Positions 21,650-30,132 of a DNA stretch of 30,132 nt are shown here, piece by piece. The stretch spans positions 62,001 through 92,132 of the forward strand of contig JYFJ02001084.1 in assembly GCA_000934665.2 (NCBI GenBank), in the 5' to 3' direction. Both the position numbers and the translations under genes were made by a program. The DNA comes from Catajapyx aquilonaris. Lineage: Eukaryota. Under the pieces are notes generated by a model that worked only from the letters and a program-made list of their open reading frames with translations, had not been told where the DNA came from and made no database searches. Within the stretch, counting starts at the first letter, position 1, and each line of letters starts with the position of its first letter.

Positions 21650-22390
21650 AGGGTCTTCGTCAATCCAGGTTGCCGATGTCGGTTTGCATGACTAGGGTAG
21701 ACGCCATCCTTTCATATTTTGTAGGCAATGCATTTCATTACCAAAAATGACAGTAAGGGAGGATTTCAAAATTGCAGTTGCTCCTTCAAAGAGAACATTC
21801 TGAAGATTCAGAAAAAAAATTATAATCAAACTGCAGATGTAATTACTGTGGGTCATGTGGCGATGTGAACTTGAAAATTTCTTAAGTGGCCCAGCCACCA
21901 ATCCTGTTCTTTTTATAGTAAGTGTGACAAGTGTACAAGATCAACAGTATTGTTTATTGGAAAACTTTCGACTCTGGGGAATCTTTTTCTTCTGCTAGGG
22001 ATGATTATATTAAAAGTGTTTTTATACCATAAATTTATTGTGTTTGTGTCGCATAAATAAACCGGATTAACCAGATTATCTGGAATGAAATCATCTTTTT
22101 GCGGCCGCTGAAAAAAAACTTCAAGAAAACGACGTTGGCTGCAAATTTTTGACATACATGTTGCCCCCAAACCTCCAAAAGAGATTCCTAAAATTAGTGC
22201 AAACGATAATACAATAGCTTTAAAATAAATGAGTAATGTTTGTAGCTGCCAATAATTGTACCCGTACCCTTCTTGTATCATATGTCTAAATGTAGCTTGA
22301 CCCGTTATTATTGAGCTTCTCATTCTCAATCTATGGTTGTGAATTCACCCTGCAGAATTAGCACTACTTGCCTATTATGATGCACCTATT
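21650..22390 (+). pseudogene. Decayed SWIM / YqaJ-like exonuclease gene (ISL2EU-type transposon accessory ORF relic)
   Basis: Colinear frameshifted peptides RVDAILSYFVGNAF (21694), EH-KIQKKNYN (21793-21826), CRC..CG/HVA, SIVYWK (21946), LW...CRISTT..YDA (22331-22384) resemble, from memory, arthropod SWIM-YqaJ proteins. Confidence 0.45.
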
Positions 22391-22549
22391 TAATTCACAC
22401 TAGGCGTAACTTTTATGAATATAGACACATTACGTCAATGGAGTTTTCCCCCAATTTTTTAATATTTTGTTTGGAAAGGGATTAATCATGCAGCATAGCA
22501 CACGTTCCAAGATAATGTTGTCTCTTATCAAGTGGGTGAGGCTTCGGTG

Positions 22550-25500
22550 ACCGAAAAATGGGCAGCACTGAAGTGTTGTGCACTAAACAATGACATCCCC
22601 GATTTGACGGGATCTGCTGAGATATTTGACAAGGTCGTCATACACCCATTGGAGGAAAATCAATCCTCCCAATCCCAGCCTTGCCTGCCTGCATACCTCA
22701 CTTTTGTGTCTGGACCTGCCTGGTGGACAGACGTGCATTTTAACACTGGTCCTGATGGAGCATACAGTGCAAGACAAGTACAGGTAATTTAGATGGGGGC
22801 CATACTTGCTGCTCTCACAGGCGCAATCACTGCTGAAGGTCACTCATTTTCAGTTGGTGGGCTGCAGGCACTTATTATTGCGCAACATTATTTTACATTA
22901 AATATTGATGTCCGGAAGTAATGAGTCTGCACTCGGCAGACTGAAGCTTGATGTACTCTTCTCCTCTACCTTCGAAGTGCAGGGTTCACATTGGTCTGGT
23001 GAGCAGCATTTGACTGCGTATTAATCATGTGCATCTGACTGGAGTTTGATCATAATTTGTTTTAGATTCTTCCAACTGGGCTTTCTTCACTGCCACTCTT
23101 CATTCAAGAACAGGATTGGACGGAACGGAACCATTACATAACTCGTATCATTTTACGGCGAGTTTGGTTGCGTATTACTAGGTAGTAGTGAACCTCCTGT
23201 GTTGTAGATCTGCGGTTGGACATGGCTCATGTTGCGGCAGTGTGGTTTTATTTGCCCCGGGGACAGTCTCGAGGTCTGTGTGTGGTGGTTTAACAATGTG
23301 TGGTTTGTGTTATTCGCATGCTGTTTTGGGTGGGGGGAAAAAACCAGTAGGGAAACTGCTTCCCATTGGTATTGTACTCCACCCACCCCATTTTTGCTGA
23401 TTTTCCAATGTGTGGTTGCAGGATTCTGCTGGAGAAGACTGGCCTGCTCGATCATTGCTGGAGATCTTAGAAAATGCTAATGAGGTCGTGGTTGTTTGTC
23501 GTCTGATGAGTTTCAGGTGGATGGACTGATGGACGTTCAGGAAGAATTTCAGGGAGGTCGTGATCCACCAGGACTGAAAACAAGGCAGCGCATCGATTGC
23601 ATCAGATAACGACAGAACAGCCCAAGGGACTCGTGCAACTTGAGCCACACTGCCAACTATTATTGTGAGAATGTGGTCGTGATGCTGAATTTGGACTAAT
23701 GTGACTGACTTTCAGGTTTATTAGGCCAAGGAGGAATGTTTGAAGACTTCCGTGACTTCAGGAAAATGCAACCCTTGCATCTGACACCAGCTGAATAGAC
23801 ACATGTCTTCACGTCCAGCCTGTAGGTGTTGCAGAAAGATTTTGCGTGAGTGAATGTGTCAATTGCCTTTGAATAAATTGTAAGGCATGTGTTTCCTTTT
23901 GTCCAGCTGGAGGTGTCGATGTGAGTCCTGCGACCTGGACAGCCAGTGGACATTGATGGGATGCGTCTACCTGGAAAGTGAGTCCTTGGGTCGTAGGTGG
24001 CTTATGTACAGCATGGTTCAGATGGAGGATGCTGTCGGGAGGATTCGATTGGGATTTCAACCATTTGCCCTTGGATCGAACGTGCCACATTTTCAGGTTG
24101 AATGGCAATAAGGAGGATTTTATGAGAACTGTGCCATGCGTTAGGATTAAATGATGGACGGCAAAACTCTGGACAGCAGGACTCGACATCACTGCACGTC
24201 AAGCATGGTCAACCGAGAAGCTTGAGAGCAAGAATGTTGATGTGAGTCATCATTTAATCAAAGTCTTGGAGGGCGGCCACAACATGGTTGTCCCATTGCA
24301 ACAGTTAATTAGCAATCTGTAGGATCTCATTATTGCCTGCCAAAATCACTATTTGACTGGGGGAAATGTCACTCCTTGCCGCTTGAGACCAACAAATGCA
24401 CTTGGGGAAGTAAGATATGAGGTTGTTTCATTAATTCATCTGGCCAAGTGAAACTGTGCATCACAATTAAAATTTGCAGTGAGATTAAATTATTTTGACC
24501 ATCTTCCATTCAGCAATTGATTTGAATTATTATTCGCATAGTGTACTAGAGCTGGGTGAAGAAAGCTTGACCTTGGCACACTGATGAGACCCTGTAATTC
24601 AGGAATCACATTAAAAAACAGCTGATTTGCATCTTGGTGTGTTAAATGTTGCTTAACAAAGTACTTGCTCTGATCTGAAAATATTGGGACACCCCCAAAA
24701 AATGGAGTGGTGGGGTTATACACAGGATGTGATAAAAAGTTTCCATTAAGATTATCTGGACTTTAGAATGGATAATTATGAATAGTAACAATTGAGCTAG
24801 GAGGATACCAAATTTGAAGTCCATTTGACAGTTAACAACTGAAATAAATACGATTATACCTTGGACAGTGAATTTCTGTGGGGTCTGGTAAAAATTGCTG
24901 CCACTCTGTTTATTTCTTACTTAGCGGGATGTAAATGTTGATAATGAACCTGAGGGGCCGCACAAACCCAAAAACAGTTATGACATTAATTACAAAAAAT
25001 CTAGCACAAAATTAAAAAATATTTATCATGGCTTGCAGATATGCCATTTTCTGTACATTTTTGAATTAAGGAATATTTAAAGCCATTTTACATTAATTGC
25101 AATGAAATTTTTTATCATAGCACATTGGACTGAGTTCTAGATAAACAATACTATCACATTTTAATTTATTAACAAATAACACCGTTAAATGTGGTACAGC
25201 CAAGTGTATCAATTTCTGAAAAAATCCACTTGCGATAAATATTTTTTAATTTTGTGCTAGATTTTTTGTAATTAATGTCATAACTGTTTTTGGGTTTGTG
25301 CGGCCCCTCAGGTTCATTATCAACATTTACATCCCGCTAAGTAAGAAATAAACAGAGTGGCAGCAATTTTTACCAGACCCCACAGAAATTCACTGTCCAA
25401 GGTATAATCGTATTTATTTCAGTTGTTAACTGTCAAATGAACTTCAAATTTGGTATCCTCCTAGCTCAATTGTTACTATTCATAATTATCCATTCTAAAG

Positions 25501-28500
25501 TCCAGATAATCTTAATGGAAACTTTTTATCACATCCTGTGTATAACCCCACCACTCCATTTTTTGGGGGTGTCCCAATATTTTCAGATCAGGGCAAGTAG
25601 TAGTAATAAAGTTGGTTTGATTTTGTAACCCATTTTTGCGCTTGAGAATTATGCCGGTGGAAACAGGCCTTTACAGGACTGGACAACTGTGAACCGCATT
25701 TCAATGCATTATAGTTTGATTTTAAAGAGGGACAACACTGGCCCATGGTGTTGTGCATTAACTGGGACATCTGATTTCACAGGATCTACTGAGATGCAAC
25801 ACGTACCCAGGCATTTGACCGCAAGGTCATAGCCACTGCTGGGAGGGTGGGAAGGCATCCACCCCCTTCCCCCTTCTTGGCCTTGCCTCTCTCTTGTGTC
25901 TAGACCTGCCTGGGGGAGGGGAAGGGTGCATCCCAACACTGGTTCAGATGGGGCACATCTACAACCTCATGACCATCGCTACTTGACAGACCTGAAATGC
26001 ACAGACGGTGAGTACAGATGTGATACTTATCAGGTTATTTAAAGGTGGTCATAATATGCCATCCCATTGCAATCGTTAATGAGCAACATAGGTAATCTTA
26101 CTATTTCTGGCCTAAATGCCTAACTCTCAAATGCACTTAGCCAGATAAGATACTAATGTTTTTTATTGATCTTCCCAGATGCTATACTGGACCTTAGAAG
26201 TAGAATGTTAAATGAGATAAAAATTTTAAACCAGCTGTGATCAGCAAGGACGTTCCATGCGAAATGAGAATGTGTGGCATCCGTCAGTGTCATCATTTAG
26301 TTCTGCACAATGCAACGAAAGAATACAGGTGACAATAATTATGTTGTGGCTACACCATAATGGGAACTAAAAGAGGTGAAGACCACTGATCAAATGTGTT
26401 CATTTTCAGATGAATCAAGGCCATAAAAATAATCAGTGCAACCCCATCCAGAATAAAGAAGGACCTTCAAGAATGGGGACTATTTGACCGACATTATTGT
26501 GAGGCAACAGTCTAATGGTAATGCGACCCATCCCATCTGCATGCACACACCTATCAGCCCATCGCTGCCTCTCGACCTGCCTCTCCATTCGACCCAATTT
26601 GGATAAGAGCCCAGCTCATCATCATCAGTCTTTGCTCTTCAGCCCAGGACTGGATTGGACAGGGCCGTATCGTCACATAGCAATTCATTTACGTTTTGTG
26701 GCTACCTGTTGCACAATACGAGTATTTAACCTCTGTGCTGTAGATCTGTGGTTGTGCATGTTGCGGCTGTGTGGTTTTATTTGCTCTGAGGCCTCGAGGC
26801 GTGTGAGAGATGGCTGGTGGTGGTTGAACAAAGTGTGGTTTGTGTTGTTCACATGCTGTTTTGGGGGAAGAATAACCGCTAGGCAAACTGGGCTCGCCAT
26901 TGGTAATGTACTCCACCCACCCCATTTGGCCGATTCGTACTGCCTCGTCTAATGTCTTCTAATTTCGGTGGTTGCAGGATGATACTGAAGAAGGCGGGGT
27001 GGTTGGCGTTCTCAATTATTGATGGGATATTTGATGAGAATGCGAATATGGTTGAACTAATGCGCATGAATTTAAGTTGGATGGCCGCATCGAACTGTTC
27101 GGGAAGAAATTTCTGCGAGGTCACTCCTCACCGAGACTGAAGACAAGGCAGGACACCACTTGCCCCTGATGCTGGAGGAGTGCAGTCTGGGGCTCGACAG
27201 AATCAGGGGGATGGCAACAGATGGAGCCATATAGAATGTCTGCAGCTTCAGCCAGCTTGGGGACAATATTGTGAGAATGTGGTTGCGATGCTGACTTTGG
27301 ACTTATGTGACGGACTTTCCAGCTTATAAGGGGCGAGTTGAGAGGACATGAAGCATTCAACTAGACTACTAGAGTGGATGTCTGGATAGCCTCTTCACTT
27401 GCGCCTCTCGCAGGACAGCAACTCGGCGGATAAGTGTCATCATGGCCAGCCTGTGGGAAGTCCATGAACCTGACACGGCCCATTCACTCAATTGGTCTGG
27501 TGAAGTCGTAGCTTCACCACACCTTCGCATGTAAGTGACTCAACAAGCCTGCCGTCACGACAGACAAAAAAGTAGGAGTAGCCTTGCTGAGTGAGATGGA
27601 GCCCATTCAGGTTTCCCATTAGTAGAACATTATCCATTCCAAGTAGATTCCAGAACTGGAACGTCAGGGGCCAACCAGACTTACAACATGGCAACCCCCT
27701 CTTCAGATGACAGCAATAATTTAAGTACATCCAGTTGTCTGTGATGACCCTCTGCTGCCTCGGATAATCTCTGTGTGCATCAGCGGTATGCAGCTGGGGC
27801 ATCCATCGGCATCGTGGACTAACCTGGTCATGTGGTGCCCAGTGACCTCCCAGGTGAACAGTGAATCCAAACCTGTCTGTTTCAGATGTCGTAAGATGCT
27901 TCGTGGTCCAGACAACAACCATAATGGGGAGGAATACCAATGTGAGTCCTGCAACATCTCAACCAAAAGTGATGTGCGGATGGAAACATATGAGGCCGAT
28001 GCAACAGTACCTTCGTCTCCAGACGACTTCCCAACCTGGAGGCATCATGGGAGTAGCTCCAGAGTGACACAGAGACTATTCGGGGTTATCCCGTATTAAT
28101 ATTTTATGATAATTTGTTTCAGGATTATGGCAGCTCAGATGTAGGCTACTGTCGACCAGCACTGCCGCATTGCAACCCTCTCTCCAGATGACGGCAAAGG
28201 AAAACTTGGAAAATGGGAATAAGGACCTGGAGGACTGGATCAGGCCAGGGGCTTCAGTAACTGCAGGGAAACAGCATGGAGGATGGACTTGTATATGGTT
28301 CAAGCCTGGCCAGCCAAGCGACAGTGTTAGCGTGAGTGATGGTGTATAGCTCATTAATAGTTGAACACCTACCCCTGTGCGCATCATACTTTCACCACAC
28401 TTTAGATAGTCACGGATTGTGTATGACCTGCTGGAGACAAGTTGGATTGCAATGACTGAGCGCTTTCCACTGACTGAGCCGGAGACCAGCTAGACATTTT

Positions 28501-29400
28501 GTATGCCAGCGCAGATGCACTCACCAACCAGGACTAATTGTTGACAACTAGTGTGCATGGGACTTGTGCGTCAGGACCAGGCTGAGGCCCAGGATGCAAG
28601 TTGCCCCAAACTGCTTCAATGATTTTGCTGTTGATGCTCTCTTTCTCAATCAGGCTGGCTGCCTCGACACTCCTCCCTCACATAACGGGCTGCAGTGGAG
28701 GAGAGGAAGAGGCTGCAGGAAGTAGTGAGATTCTAATTCGAATGTTGTTTATAATTTACTTACGATGTGGAAGATGAGCATCACTTGAAGACAGGAGGGA
28801 TCGTCTGCAGCCTTCCATCATCAGTGGACGTTCCAGTCATCCAGCAGATGAAGACGAGGACCCTGCACTTCACATCTGGAGGACAAGGATGCTGCCAATG
28901 CTCGACCTAATTAGGGACAGTAAATTATGATGCTCTATGTACATCCCATCCCTCCCTCGTCTCCCACTTCCCAGCACGTTATTGCCTCACTAACATGGGA
29001 TTTAACAACTTGTACGTTTAACATGTTGTTCTGCACTTGCATTTTTTTTAACCGACCTGTAGGCATGACGGGAGTAGCTATGTCGTGACAAGGAGGCCCC
29101 GTACTTGTTAATATTTTATGATAATAATTTGTTTCAGGATTAAGGCAACTCGAATCTTGGCAGTCGACCAGCGCTGCTACATGGCAACCCTCTCTCCAGA
29201 TGACTTCGTTCAAGGACAAATTGGAACATGGGAACAAGGACGTGGTTGTTGAGGACTGGATCAGGCATGGGACTTCAATAACAAGTGCAGGGAAAGAGCA
29301 TGGAGGATGGACTCATTGTCTGTGGTTCAAGCGAAGAGGTCAGACAGCAGGAGTGTTAGGGTGAGTGGTTGTATAAAGCCCATTAGTAGTTAAACACCTC
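22550..29400 (+). pseudogene. Zone of diverged, shuffled duplicate segments of an unidentified intron-containing gene or element
   Basis: Approximate pairs: 22550-22800/25730-26050, 23080-23720/26620-27330, 24290-24500/26060-26240, 28041-28370/29062-29400. GT..AG segments of 51-75 nt are retained in both copies; most putative exons contain stops or frameshifts. Confidence 0.55.
24664..25597. mobile_element. 934-bp non-autonomous Tc1/mariner-like element with 364-bp TIRs and TA TSD
   Basis: Arms 24664-25027 and 25234-25597 match at 362/364 by manual comparison; TA at 24662-63 and 25598-99; 206-bp AT-rich non-coding core; terminal AAAATATTGGGACACC resembles Tc1-like ends. Confidence 0.92.
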
Positions 29401-30132
29401 TGAAGAGTGAGGCGTTCCCTCCTTTCCAGTTTCACAGTCCAAGTGTAGTGCACAATGCAAAACCACTGCATTCCTTTGCGTTGCAAGGGACTGCAGGTTA
29501 CCGCAATGGCTGTTCTCGGCTGACGTTCAACAGGCTGAAAATGCCTATAATACCAGCCGTCAGGTTGCGTCCACCAGGTGCCTTTCTCCAGCTCTCTTAT
29601 GCGTTGGTTTTGTGTCGATATGCTCTGCATGTAAAAGGCTGGTGAATTTGGAGGGAAGAGTACTCCTCCATATAGTACATATTGCATTGCAGATAATTCA
29701 GGAATTGACAAATGATTTTAATGGAAGTGGAAGGTGCGGGGTTGGGGGGGAAGGGTTGGGTGCAATTTTGCTCTTTACAGGAAGGGTGAAGCTGGTTGAA
29801 GAGGTCAAGGGTCACTGTGCCATCCACACCTGAAGTCTAGTCTGGATCCGGATGCCTGCTAGCGAGCCATGGTGGTCTGGATTGTAATGGAAGGTTGCAA
29901 GCATTTACACAGTGACTGTACTCGTACGCCATGAGTTATTGTGGCTTGGCACATAATTTTAGTAATTGTGTTATTTTTTACATGTGGTGTGCAATTATGG
30001 TTGGGACGTTGATGGTCTTCTAAGCCAACTTGCTTCTGCCTTCATGGGAGCCTGCCGTTGAGACAGCTTTCAAACAATCGGCAATGGCACTCGGAGACAT
30101 TCCTGCATCACCTGAGGTCACCAGTCTTTCTT

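Noticed and set aside
24642..25628. Two near-identical ~60-aa ORFs on opposite strands
   Set aside because: Mirror images produced by the TIRs; not transposase-like
26689..27360. Gag/SCAN-like KTLDEAVRIG...EY on the minus strand
   Set aside because: One short motif, not evident in the paralogous copy; plus-strand intron signals explain the region better
28410..28500. IVYD.../EPETS as a KDZ/Zisupton transposase hint
   Set aside because: Too short and degenerate to support

Overview
Eukaryotic (very probably arthropod) genomic DNA. The one well-supported gene is a 15-coding-exon, + strand non-classical cadherin of the Cadherin-86C type: ATG 7309, TGA 19882, 6105 nt, about 2034 aa. It has a signal peptide, about 6 cadherin repeats, one TM helix and a roughly 1170-aa low-complexity cytoplasmic tail. 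All 14 introns are GT-AG and keep frame. The rest of the window is non-coding DNA rich in inverted-repeat elements: five small MITE/foldback elements (three inside the cadherin introns), a young 934-bp element with 364-bp TIRs, an intronic minisatellite and a (GA)n tract. Beyond 21.6 kb there are decayed relics: a probable SWIM/YqaJ (ISL2EU-type) gene, then shuffled, diverged duplicates of an unidentified intron-containing gene or element. I see no convincing wholly new system. The best leads are RNA-level: a 19-bp hairpin 11 nt after the stop codon, an AG|GTGAGT recursive-splice-like site in the longest intron, a stop-free 54-nt intron, and an in-frame skippable exon carrying a furin site.
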